Part shown: piece by piece, positions 42,100 to 53,990 of the stretch
Numbering within the stretch: position 1 is the stretch's first letter
Layout of the letters: each line of letters opens with the position of its first letter
NCBI RefSeq assembly: GCF_964188315.1
Contig: NC_135666.1
Span: forward strand, 1,364,001 to 1,428,000
Direction: 5' to 3'
DNA: 64,000 nt
Origin: Podarcis muralis
Lineage: Eukaryota
Notes under the pieces: model-generated
What the model was told of the DNA's origin: nothing
What the model saw: the letters and a program-made list of their open reading frames with translations, nothing else
The model's database searches: none
Translations under genes and position numbers: made by a program

Positions 42100-42520
42100 T
42101 GTGAGAACAGGACTGAGGCGTAAGGATTGAACTCTGATTAATAAGAATACACACAGAGGCTTGAACCACCAAGACTCTGGGAAGGGTGCCTATAATCGTC
42201 TCTCTCCCTCTAGCCCCTGGCCCAGGTCGTTTTATTCACAAAAGAGCTTTTTACAGAGTGTTCGTAAGAACCAATCAGATTTCTTCTGAGCATTTCCACA
42301 AACCCCACGTGGGGACAGAGTTAAACTACCAAAACTAATTAAGCTCACATATTTCTGGGGTAAACAAAACAGAACTACAAAGGAGTGCATTTGGCAACCC
42401 CTGAGGTTATAAACAAACAAAATATATGATAAGAAGGATGGCCAGGAAGACAGCGATCATTGTCACCTTCAGGTGAGATCTGTTTCCTGGCCCTAAGATT
42501 AACATATCAGAAAAGCTACA
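42100..42520 (-). mobile_element. Possible solo LTR
   Basis: TG...CA termini and AATAAA on the minus strand; no TSD seen. Confidence 0.35.
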
Positions 42521-44068
42521 TCAAAGAAACTTGCCCACTGTCTTTAATGATTCAGGACGCCTGCCTGTCTTAAGTGTGTATGTGACTTGTGAAGAAAGAG
42601 AAATGGACCAGGGATGCAGAGGTGTGGATTGATCAAGAATCCTATCAAAATAGTTTAAACCCAGTGAATGCAATGCTTTCATTGGTGACACAGATGGATT
42701 ACTCTATATTTGTTATAATTCCTCATAGCAATCCCACCTGATCACTACACAGGACTCTGGACTGGACGGGCCATTGGCCTGATCCAGCAGCCCTTTGTGG
42801 TACTGGCTGGGCTCTTGGGTTCTGCCGTGCTCTGTGGAGGGAGGCAGGTGTGTTGCGGGGGGGGGGGGGTCTGCTTCCTCCAGGCTTCCTCCACCTGATG
42901 CTGAGGAGCAGCAACTTCTCTCATGAACCTGCTGGGAGCAAACCCATGTCTCGCTGCCTCCTGTGGAGCTGGGTGGGGTTTTGGGATACACCGCACATCC
43001 TTCCCAATCCTAGACTGGCTTCCCAACTTCAGCAGCATCCTTATTTATTAAATTTGTATGACACCCTTCATCCAAATATCATAGGACAGTTTGAAACATA
43101 AAAATTAAAAAAATGGGCGCATAAAATGCTTAACAAAGAAATCCCCAAACCTCTCTCCCGTGATCTCATTGAGAAGGCCACGAGGAGAAGGAGCTGCCAT
43201 CCAGCCCCAAAGGCCAGGCCTGGGCACAGCTGGGCTTGCCTCCCCGTGGCTTCCCCTTCCATGAGGGAGCCTGTCGTGGGGTCACCTGGTTGCACCCCCC
43301 CAGAAGTGTGTGCCCAGGGCCAAGGTGCCCCTGCCCCCCCCCATGCTACGCTTCTGCCATGGAGGGACTGCTTCTTCGTAGCCCCTTTTCTCCTTGCCCC
43401 ACACACCTTCCTGGGCATCTAGGTCTGTTGGCACTGGCTGGCCTCCTTGCTGGCTGCAGGTGGGGAGCGCAGGAGAAGCCCCCTCTCCAGATTAACGTAC
43501 TGTGAAGGAGCCCTCCGTCAAGAGGCAGGTTGAGGGGAGCACAACCAGTTCGCGAGCACCGGGTGCTGAGCTCAGAGAGCACCGCAGGGGCCGCTGCAAC
43601 AATGATGAACAACAGAATGCAAGAGGTGAGGGGGGGGGTGTGCCAAATTCTGGTGTCGCACAGAGTGCCGCAGAAATTTTAAAGCCCAGCGTCCGCCACT
43701 GCCTCCGTCCCAGGAGTTCTTCTTTGCTGTGTCTCCCAGTCTGCAGGGGAAAAGGATCGGGGCCCAAAGACCCAGGGGAAGTATGAGTGAGTGCAGATAC
43801 TGGATGGTCATTTGTCATGGATACTTTAGTTGTTATTCCCGCCTTGCAGGGGGTTGGACTAGATGATCCTCAGGAGTCCCTTCCAACTCTACCATCTCTG
43901 CAGGGAAGCGGAGCGTTCAGCAAGCCCAACACAAAAATATTGTCAGTTGCCTTTATCGCTTCTGAGGTGCCGACGTTAAGGCAGGAGCTGCAACTGAGCA
44001 TTTATTTGCTCTTGGGACACCAGGATATGTTGCTTCAGGGTGGAGAGCATCTCATTATCTGGTGCATT

Positions 44069-44071
<3 letters not shown>

Positions 44072-44104
<33 letters not shown>
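44072..44104. repeat. (TG)n microsatellite
   Basis: Direct reading. Confidence 0.9.
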
Positions 44105-44106
<2 letters not shown>

Positions 44107-44146
44107 CCAGCTTCCTCAGTGCACTCCTAAAGACCTGGCTTGGCTG

Positions 44147-44314
44147 CAGTGGCGTAGCGTGGGGGTGCAAGGGGGGCCGGCCGCACCGGGCGCAACATCT
44201 GGGGGTTAGGGTTAGGGGGCGCAAATCCACAGGTTAGGGGGCGCAAATCCACGGGTTAGGGGGTGCAAATTACTTGCCTTGCCCCAGGTGCTGACAACCC
44301 ACGCTACGCCACTG
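44147..44314. mobile_element. hAT MITE with internal TTAGGG-containing repeats
   Basis: Perfect 17-bp TIR cagtggcgtagcgtggg / cccacgctacgccactg; exact 8-bp TSD cttggctg. Confidence 0.92.
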
Positions 44315-46124
44315 CTTGGCTGACAGACAAAGTGGCAGACCCTTTGGTGGCTATGAAGTCCTTGAAATCCAGGACCAATCTGGTCAGGTCCTTGACAAAA
44401 CATGTCAAGCCAGGTGTGCAAGGAAATGTAGCTGTGTCTTCCCACCCTTAGGACAGGTGGGGTGGGGAACCTCCTAGCCATGCCAACAGGTGTGGGGCAG
44501 CTAAGGGCAGGGCTTCAAAGGAACAACCGGGGGGCTTAGACTGGGCTCCCAGTAGTTCCGCTGCTGGAGCAAGGTCTGCTCTCTCTCATTTATTTCATAA
44601 AACCCACACACTGTTCGATGGTCAAAACCGCCCCTCAAAGCAGTTTGGAAAAAGATAAGGAAACCAAAAGGAAAAATGCATTAGTTTAAAACGGATGAAA
44701 TGCTTAAATCCACATAAACTTTCAAAGCATCCGGGCAGGCTTGTTGAAACCAGCGTATTTATAGCAGGTGCTGGGAAGAGTACGGGGAAGGTACCTGCTT
44801 GATGTCAAGAGGCAGGGAGTTCCAAAGGGCAGGCGCTGCCACAATAAATGATGTTCTGACAAATGCGGGAAATGGGCATTATGTGACACCTGGAGCCATG
44901 CCTGTTCTGCCAATCAAAGCAGTTGAGTGGGTGCATTGGGGGGGGTAAGGCAACGTCTTAGGTAAGGTGGTCCCAGGTTATGAAGGGCTTTCTATACTAA
45001 TAGGAATACGGTACCTTGATCTCAGCCTGGTAGTTGATGCAGATCTTTGAGCACAGGGCTCAGTCCTGTCAACACCAACTGCAGCTCCAGACTGTGGACT
45101 AAAGTTTTCTAATCCTCCAGGATTAGGGGCCTTGATGCTTAAGCATCGTTAGTTTCATTCTAGATCTATCCTTGCACCAGGCGGCCAGCAGCACCAGAAC
45201 TGAGCACATGAGAAGTATAGGACAAAGTCCTTCTCTGTCTTGGTGAGACTGCAGGCTTGTCTTTCTATTCTGCCACTGCTGAACCCGCCCCCCCCCCATG
45301 GGGGCTCTTGGGAGAAAGGGATTGGGTGAGGCGATTCCCACACAGCCTCCCTGTTTTTTGCACTCTCGGGTTTTCTCTAGCTTTCCGCCCCAATAAATTT
45401 TATTTTATTTTTTCAAGTTTTTTTTTATTTTTATTTTTTCAAGTTTTATTTTTAAATTTTGAAAAAAAATATATTAAAAAGAACAATATCGAATATCTTT
45501 TTTATCAAAGATATCAAAGATAAGAAAAACTAAATAAAAACGCAAACCCAAAAGGGGGAAAGAGAAAAAAAGGAGAAGAATCAGAAGTTTGGTCCTTTTC
45601 CCTCAAGTTTTCTCTTTTGAGAGGACTCCTCCCTCTGCAAACTTCAGGTCTCCCCAAGGGCGTCGGGGGCTCCCCTTTGTTTCTTCCTCGTCCTCTCTTG
45701 TGACTACAACCCGAGCCTTAGGAACCAGGTTAATTATTAGGAGGGAGCGATAAGGGCGGATGTTCTGAGCGACTGAAAGGCGTCTTGCAAAAGGGTCCTG
45801 GAAGCGAAAGAGGCGAATGATCTGCGCTCAGCAGCGCCCCGTCATGTGCCGCAGGCAGGCAGGCGGTGCAAGCCTCGCGGGTTCGCCGGGGAGGATGGAG
45901 GAAGCGGCTGCCCGAGTCTCTCTCCGAGGCTGGGCCCTCGCGCGCTTCCTTCAGGCGCCCAGCAAGAGCCACGTGAAAACACGCCAGGACCTGGCTGTAG
46001 TTTTCCATTCCTTTTCTCCTGAAGCCAGCGAGATCCGTTTGCTCTCCCTCCCTCTCCAGAACAAGGCGCCCTTTGCTCAAGCGCCCCCACCCACCCCAGC
46101 CGCAAGCAGGCCTCCCGCGGTGAC

Positions 46125-46545
46125 AGGTGATGCTGGAAGATTCAGGGCGGCTGAAAGACCGTCCTCCTCTGTGCAAACTGCGGAACTCTCTCCCACAGGA
46201 GGCAATGATGGTCACCAACCTGGGGGGTTTGAAAAGAGGGTTGGACGAATTCATGAAGCAGGAGAGGGCTGTCCTTAGGAAGGCTGTGGACGCCCCTTCA
46301 CTGGAGGTTCTCCAGCAGAGGTTGGACGGCCATCTGTCGGCGTTGCTTGAGCTGAGATCCCTGCATTGCAGGGGGTTGGGCTAGATGACCCTCGGGTCCC
46401 TTCCAGCTCTATGATTCTGTCCAGCAGTGTTTCTGAAGACCATTAGCTGGAAAGTTGCTCTGGCGCTGGAATCCTGCTTGCTGGATTCCCATAATGGGCA
46501 TCTGGTTGGCCACTGGGAGAACAGGAACCCTTGGGCAAGATCCAG
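46125..46545 (+). mobile_element. CR1 3' end fragments (compound)
   Basis: ORF KLRNSLPQEAMMVTNLGGLKRGLDEFM; tail cattgcagggggttgggctagatgacc...ctatgattct. Confidence 0.75.
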
Positions 46546-46800
46546 AGAGCCAGTGTGGTGTAGTGATTAAGAGCGGTAGTCTCGTAATCTGGGGAACCGG
46601 GTTCGCGTCTCCGCTCCTCCACATGCAGCTGCTGGGTGACCTTGGGCAGTCACACTTCTCTGAAGTCTCTCAGCCCCACTCACCTCACAGAGTGTTTGTT
46701 GTGGGGGAGGAAGGGAAAGGAGAATGTGAGCCGCTTTGAGACTCCTTAAAGGGAGTGAAAGGCGGGATATCAAATCCAAACTCTTCTTCTTCTTCTTCAG
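46546..46800 (+). mobile_element. Squam3-type SINE with (CTT)n tail
   Basis: gagccagtgtggtgtagtgattaagagc head, ccgggttcg B-box, ttcttcttc tail. Confidence 0.82.
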
Positions 46801-46899
46801 CAAACTCTTTATTATATCGTGGAGGAGGGGGCTAGAGATACCCCAAAGGTCATCCAGCCCAACCCGCTGCAATGCAGGGATCTCAGCTCGAGCATCCCT

Positions 46900-47900
46900 G
46901 ACGGGGAGTCCACCGCGTCCCAGGGAGACTTCTCCCTCCTGGCTCTGTCCAGCTCCCACAGTCAGAGGCATCTGCGCTTATGAATGCCGCTTGCTGGAAC
47001 ACCGCCGGAGCGGAGAGTTTCTCTTGGGCCGGATCCTGCTTGCCGGTTCGCCCCCCTCCGAGGCCCCTGGGTGGCCCTTGTGAGAAGTGGGTGCTGGACC
47101 AGAGGTGGCCCCTTGGCCTGGTCCGGCAGCCAGGCTCCTGGGACGCTCTGCTGCGGATGGAGATGGCCTCGGCCGCCCCGTCCGGTGCCAAATCCTCCCC
47201 CGGCTTTCGCACCAGCCCCCCGAAGCCCGCGAGGTTCTTGGCAGGCCTGGCGAGGTTGCTGAGCCTCTGCATCTCCCCAGCAACGCGAAAGGCATTATAC
47301 TGTTCCCATGGAAACTCGGGCAGAAGCATTTGGGAAGGAAGAGGGGAAGGAAGGAAGCTGCCGTGTGGGTCTTGGCAGCCCCGTCGCGGCGGCGGCGGCG
47401 GAGCTTCTTTGTCTCCTCCCGGCCCACACGGACGGCAGGGCAGAGGCGCAGCAGCCCCGGCTCCTGGGGAGGCGCCCCTCGGCGCGCCCGGCCGGCAACT
47501 CCCGCCGCCTCTCCGCAGCCCCCCAGTCCCGGGCGCCGCTGGCTGCAGGCGGCGGAGCGCACGAGCATTACCGCGCCTGGCCTGCGAGGCAGGGAGGCAC
47601 CCACGAGCCCCAGAGCGGACCGGACGAGGACCGGGGCAGCCGGGTAAGTGCGAGTGTGTGTGGACGGGGGGGGGACCACCTTCTCCGCAGACTCTCCGCG
47701 CCCACGTGCACAAGGCGGCCGGGGGCGCGGCCGCAGAAAGAGCCGGCCGATGCCCTGGGAGGGGCTGCCTCGGGGGAGGGGGAGGAATGGGTCAGCCATG
47801 CGGGGAGTGGGGGGGGGGGCACGGAAGGGCAGCCATTTGCTGGCCCAAAGGGGGGCTTCCGCGGCTGGGCTGCTACTAAGATGTTGCCGCTTCTCTCTCG
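46900..47900 (+). promoter_or_regulatory. CpG island with X-box and strong splice donor (candidate alternative first exon)
   Basis: GTTCCCATGGAAAC 47302-47315; CGG|GTAAGT donor at 47644. Confidence 0.5.
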
Positions 47901-49738
47901 GAGGAGGAGGCGGCGTCTTGGACTCCCCCCGCGGCTCATTTGCTTGTGCCCAAGGTAAACTTGCCTGGAGTGAGTGACCCCCCCCCCACAGTGCCTTCAC
48001 CTGCTGCCTCCCCCCCCCCGACACCTCCATCTGCTCGGACGCTGGTGTGTGAGGCTGGCAATCAGGAAGAGGGGGCGGGTATTATGGATGCCGGAGCTCT
48101 TGGCGTCCGGACAGGGCGAGGTTGGCGCTGTGCCCCCCCCCCGCCCCCCTCCCAGCACATTCACAGAGCCTCCTGGGCAGGCTGAGCATCCCCGCCCTCA
48201 GTTTGGAGAAGACCTGCCTGCTGCAATGGTCAGCCCCACGCAGGACCCCTGCCTGCTCCAACTTATGGGGGGGGCAATCTCGTTGCGACAGCGGGGGTGG
48301 GGGAAAGGGGCGCCCCTCTCTCCTCCCCATGCACCGTGGTTCCAATCCTGGTCCGCTAATGGCTGTTAAAGAAACACAATCCCACTGAGCGCATCCGTGC
48401 CTCTAACGAGTCCTCCACATTGTCTCCAAGCCCCGGGCACTTTCATGGGAGACCTACCTGTTGAAACCGGAGGTGGGCAGGAGCAGCTCAGTTCCCCTTC
48501 CCCGTTGTTCCGTGGGCTTTGGAAGTCCAGTGGGGATGGGCAAAGGCAGGGAGATGAAGCCCTCTAGCACTTACTTCCGTGGCCGGATCACCCAGCGCAG
48601 TCTCCAAGCAATATCTGCTTCAGAGTCCAGAACCTCACCTGGCACCTGGTGTTTCCTTGCCAGTGGCATCCTTCTCCCATGCTGGCAGCCTGCCATCTGA
48701 TGCCACCAGAGCTAGTGGAGATGGTCACTGCCCCCCTTGAGAGGCAGGGGCAGGAAAGGGGCCTGGGGGAGGGAGTCTGGAGGCAGTGGCAAGGACAGAG
48801 AGGTCTGCTCCAGGCCCTCTGGTAGATGACAGTAAGTTCTGCCAGCAGCCCCCTTCAGCGCCTCCTGTGTGGGCCCCCGGACCCCCTGCTGGCTGAGGCT
48901 GCCCTTTCAGGTACACCTGGGAGTCAGGGGCTGCTTTGCCTCCCTGGGGCTCCTCCTCCCCCAACTCTGATTTACTGTGTGTGCATCTCACAACAATATC
49001 TGAGCTTGGAGAAGAGCGTGGCTCCGATATGTGCCAAAATGTTGTGCTCCTGAGAACCACTCATTAGGGCTTCTCTGCAGCTTATGAGGTTCCTGCCTTT
49101 GGAGACGGGCCAGAGTCTGACCCTGGAGGTCAGGCAGAGGTGCAGTGAGGCCTTTCCGGCTGTCGCCTTTGTTTGGGTCAAGCTGCTGCTGTTCCCCCGC
49201 CCCACCCTGGGGAGACTGGACGTTGAACTCACATTAAACCCCTTTTCCCCTCCTTGAGAGGTGAGCTCTTGTCTTGGGGCTCCCAGGCAGCCCAAGGTGA
49301 TGCAACTGTGCTTGGCCTCTTAGGAATTCAGTAGGACATTTCTTCAGTGCAGAATGAATCCTTCGCAGGAGGCCCAGGGCACAGCCAGGAACCTGAAGCT
49401 CTGACCCAGAGAACACATACAGGTCCATGCTTGGCTGGGGGGGCCTCCTCATCCTGTGTTCCCCCACCCCACCCTACACCTCCCGGTGGCCAGAGGCATT
49501 AATTATGCTGCCTGTTTTATTTATTGGTTTTCTAAAACTGTTTTTATGCCGCCTTTCTCTCCAGAGAGCACTAAGAATATTTGTAACCAGTGAAATAACC
49601 AGTACATAATAATTAAAACAAACCACACCAGTAAAATATATTATTACAGTGACTAGGATGCTGAAAACTAGCATCATTGGCCTGGGAATGCCTAAGCAAA
49701 TGTGTTTTTAATGCATGCTGGAAGCAGCTAACAGTTAA

Positions 49739-50092
49739 AAAGGTAAAGGGTAAAGGGACCCCTGACCATTAGGTCCAGTCGTGGCTGACTCTGGGGTTGT
49801 GGTGCTCATCTGGCTTTATTGGCCGAGGGAGCCGGCGTACTCTGGGTCATGTGGCCAGCATGACTAAGCCGCTTCTGGCGAAACCAGAGCAGCGCACGGA
49901 AACGCCGTTTACTTTCCCACCGGAGCGGTACCTATTTATCTACTTGCCCTTTGACGTGCTTTTGAACTGCTAGGTGGGCAGGAGCAGGGACCGAGCAACG
50001 GGAGCTCACCCCATCAAGGGGATTCGAACCACTGACCTTCTGATTGGCAAGTCCTAGGCTCTGTGGTTTTACCCACAGCGCCACCCGCATCC
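49739..50092 (-). mobile_element. Sauria SINE, full length
   Basis: Exact 11-bp TSD ctaacagttaa; head and tail present. Confidence 0.93.
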
Positions 50093-50667
50093 CTAACAGT
50101 TAACATCTAACCGTTGGCGCCTGCCTATTCTCCCGGGGGGGGGGGGATCCTTCCCACAGCATCCTAAGGTGGCGCAGTTAACAGGGCCGCTACTGAAGGT
50201 CTCGGCTGGCCACTCCCAACGGCTCCATACAGACGTTGAACTGCACTGAAAGTATGAAAGTATGTCTTTCATCTGTTCAGGCCCCATCCCTGGGTTTGTG
50301 CCCATGAGCCACGTTGGGCAAACGGGCAAGAGAGCATCTGGTCAGTCAGACCACAGCATGGGGCTTGGCCACACCCTTGGCACAGAACTGAAATTGACCC
50401 CATGGAAACCGGACAAGATGGGGGCAGCGGACGCCTCACTGGGGCTTGGATTAACAATAGTGCTCAGGCAGCAGCCTGGCCTTCAAAATGCCTTGCCAAC
50501 TGGTCACAACCGACTTGTGGTTTCTCACTCCCCTGACCCACGGAGGCTCCCTGGGGCTCTCTTCTATACAGATTCAAAATATTCCAGAAATGCTGGAGAC
50601 TGGTAAACAGTAGCTATCTAAGCCCCTTAACCCTGAGAGTAACCCTCAGGAGCATTGCTTCAGATCT

Positions 50668-50792
50668 GGAATAGCTCGGTTGGACTCTCAACCTCAGAGT
50701 TGTGGGTTCGAGTCCTGTGTTGGGCAAAAGATTCCTGCATTGCAGGGGGCTGGACTAGATGAGTCTTGTGGCCCCTTCCAACTCTACAGTTC
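50668..50792 (+). mobile_element. tRNA-derived SINE with CR1-type tail
   Basis: tagctcggttgg...gggttcgagtcc head plus cattgcagggggctggactagatga tail. Confidence 0.75.
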
Positions 50793-51936
50793 TTTGATTA
50801 TATTCTTAGGGAATCGGAAGGAAGCCCAGCCCAGAAGGAAGCGGGGGGAGGGGGCTGTGGCTTGACCTCCAATCGCCCATTGGAGCGATAAGCTTCTTAG
50901 AATAATAGACTTGCAGAGTTGGGGGGGTCCCAGCAACCAACTAGAACAACCTCCCGCAATGCAGACGTCCGATTCCTAATCAATGCTTGATGACAGTAAT
51001 GGAGGGCTTAGAAGAGTGAGGGGTCCCTAGAAGGCACCATCGTAGCAGACTGTCCATTTCACTAAAAAAAGGGGGGAGGGGGGAGAGGAGACGACAGATG
51101 CATAAATGATGGAGTTTAGCCCAGGAAGGATGAGAAATAAATGCAGGGAAACTGGTGGATTTGTCCCTTGGCATCTCCCCAAGGCTGGACAAATGGATGT
51201 TTCCCAAGAGAGGCAGTTGCCTTCTGAAGTCAGTTTCCACCATGAGTGGCCAGGGGCCCCTCCCCCTCATCCTTCAGCCATCTCCACTCAAAAGGAGGGT
51301 GGGGGCCAGGCAGGAAACAAAAACAAAAGTTGAGCCCTCTCTTCTTTATCATGATGGCATCTTTCCTCAAGGTGGCCAGAGACTCTCTGGATGTGAGTTC
51401 ACAGAATTGTATGGTTGGGAGAGACCCCAAGTCATTACTCCAACCCCATGCAATGCAGAATTTGCAGCTAAAGCATCCATGACAGAAGGCTATTTAACCT
51501 GTTTAAAAAACTCCAGTGAAGAGAGTCCACAACCTCCCGAGTCTGTTCTACTGTCAAATGGCTCTTACCATCAGAAAGTTCTTCCTGATGTTGAGTTGGA
51601 AACTCCTCCCTTGTTGTCTGAATCCATTGGTTCAGGTCCTGCTCTCTAGAGCAGAAGAAAACAAGCTAGCTCCATCTTCCATGGGGCAGCCCTTAAGATA
51701 CTTGAAGATGGCTATCATAGCTACAATCAATCTCCTCTAATCCAGGCTAGACATCCCCAGTTCCCTCAACCATTCCTCATAAGGCTTGGTTTCTAGACCC
51801 TTGATCTCTTCTGCACATGTTCCAGCTTCTCAATAGTCTTCTTAAATTGTGGCACCCAGAGCTTTACACAGTATTTCAGGTGTGGTTCAAGGCAGAATAG
51901 AACAGTAATATGACTTTCCTTGATCTGGATGCTATA

Positions 51937-52162
51937 CAGTGGTACCTCAAGTTAAGAACTTAATTTGTTCCAGAGGTCCGTTCTTAACCTGAAACTGTTC
52001 TTAACCTGAAGCACCACTTTAGATAATGGGGCCTGCTGCTGCTGCTGCGCTGCCGGAGCACGATTTCTCTTCTCATCCTGAAGCAAAGTTCTTAACCCGA
52101 GGTACTATTTCTGGGTTAGCAGAGTCTGTAACCTGAAGCGTATGTAACCCGAGGTACCACTG
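51937..52162. mobile_element. Tc1/mariner-type MITE inserted in CR1
   Basis: Near-identical to 11-252; TA on both flanks. Confidence 0.9.
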
Positions 52163-52967
52163 TATTTCTGTTGGTGTAGTCTAGAATAGCATTAGCTCGC
52201 TCGCTCGCTCGCTCTTTCTTTCTCGGTTGCTGCTGCTGCATCACACTGTTGACTGACATTAAGCTTCTGGTCCACTAAGACCCCTAGTTCCTTTTCACAT
52301 GTACTATTGCCAAGGCAGGTGTCCCCCATCTTATATTTGTGCAGCTGGTTCTTTCTGCCTAAGTGTCCTTTAACTTAGAACCTTGCATTTGTCCCTATTG
52401 AAATTCATTTTGTTAGTTCTCCAGTCTGCTAAAATCTTGTTGGACCCTGATTCTGTGTTCTGTGGCATTAGCTACCCCTCCCAGCTTGATATCATCTGCA
52501 GATTGGAAGAGCACCCCCTCAATTCATTTGTAAAGGTGTTGAACATCAACAGTTCAACCCACATTTTACCTCGTTCAACCCACATTTTACCAGTTCCCTC
52601 ACAAGAATATCATGGAGGACTTTGTCAAAAGCCTTACTGAAATCAAGATACACTATGTCCACAGCATTCCCCTGATCCACCAATCCTGAGTGCATGTCTG
52701 ACTACACTCAGCTTCCTCTTGCTGGTTTTATCATGAAACCCAGGAAAGCATGATCACTTCCTCCCAAGTTTCCCAGTATGTCCACTTTGCTGATCAGTTC
52801 CTCCCTGTTGATGAGGACCAGGTCCAAGATTTGAACCTTACATTCTTGGCAGAGTTTGTGTCCCAACAGGAGTTGAAGTCTCCCATGACTACTATATCTC
52901 TCCTTTTTAAATGTTTGGTAATCTGCTCTAGGAAGGCATCATCCAAGTCGGGCTTGGTGGTCTATAG

Positions 52968-53103
52968 CAGTGTTCCCCAACCTTGGGCCTCCAGCTGTTT
53001 TTGGACTACAACTCCCATCATCCCTCGCTAGCAAGACCAGTGGTCAAGGATGATGGGAATTGTAGTCCAAAAACAGCTGGAGGCCCAAGGTTGGGGAACA
53101 CTG
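52968..53103. mobile_element. Palindromic hAT MITE inserted in CR1 endonuclease region
   Basis: Long inverted arms cagtgttccccaaccttgggcctccagctgtttttggactacaa...; exact 8-bp TSD gtctatag. Confidence 0.93.
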
Positions 53104-53951
53104 GTCTATAGCAGACACCCACAGTAAATTCATGGTTGTTTCTCTCTCCGACAATTTCCCCTCCTTCCTTCCTGCTTGGTCTATTCCTTTTGAATAGGTT
53201 ATACCCCTCAATCATAGTTGCTGGCTCCCTGGGGCTCTGGGTACCCAAGCACCCACAAAACTCTCCATGAAGGAGCCGGGCACCCACAAATTTTGGTACC
53301 AAGTCCATGCACGCTGCATGGCACTGATGGCCCCGGGCACCCATGGCCGTGGGGCCAAGCTGGCACTCCTGCCCTCAATTCTTGCATTCTTGTCATGAGT
53401 CTCATCCCACCATGTTTCAGTAATGCCTATTAGGTCATATTTGCCATCCTGTATTAAGAACTCCAGCTCCTCTTGCTTGTTCCCAAACTGTGTGCATTAC
53501 TATAGAGTCAACTGAAACCGTGAGTCATTCCCTCCAGCTGCTTCATTCTTGTAGTTTCCTGCCCTTTAGCAGGTTTCTGGAGCACCACTTCAGTTTCCTG
53601 TGCATTATCCCCAGTGCCAGGTGTTCTTCTGTCATCTGTAATGCCGTCTCCCTGCCAACCGCTGTGAGGTGCAGCCCATCTCTTGCCAGAAGGCCTTCCT
53701 TGTGGAAACGGAGACCATGGTCCAAGAAGCCAAACTCTTCCTGATGACACCATTTGGGGATCCACCATGAATTGCAAGGGGTGGGAAGAAGAGAGGCCAG
53801 CAGGAGCCCTTTCTTTTCCCCAAAACAAATTAATCAAGCTTCTTCTAAGCCTGGTCCTCCTGGGGGATGAGGAGAACATCAAAAGAACCTGGCTCTAGCT
53901 AGATCTAGAGTGGCTGGGGAAACCCAGCATGATGGGCGGGGTATAAATAAT

Positions 53952-53954
<3 letters not shown>

Positions 53955-53990
<36 letters not shown>
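53955..53990. repeat. (CAT)n microsatellite, tail of an L2 end
   Basis: About 12 ATC units after the L2 tail motif. Confidence 0.85.

Larger units (their letters stand above)
51385..53895 (-). mobile_element. Internally deleted CR1 LINE mosaic (ORF1 esterase, endonuclease, RT and 3' pieces)
   Basis: ORF1-like DHGLRFHKEGLLARDGLHLT; endonuclease-like LDDAFLEQ...IVVMGDFN; RT-like DQGNAVDIVYLDFSKAFDKV. Confidence 0.8.

Noticed and set aside
34196-42520. Full-length endogenous retrovirus bounded by the LTR-like blocks
   Set aside because: The LTR-like blocks are not copies of each other, no gag/pol/env peptides or PBS/PPT were found, and host exons lie between them
44203-44217. Interstitial telomere or chromosome fusion scar
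   Set aside because: Only 2-3 TTAGGG units, enclosed by MITE TIRs and a TSD
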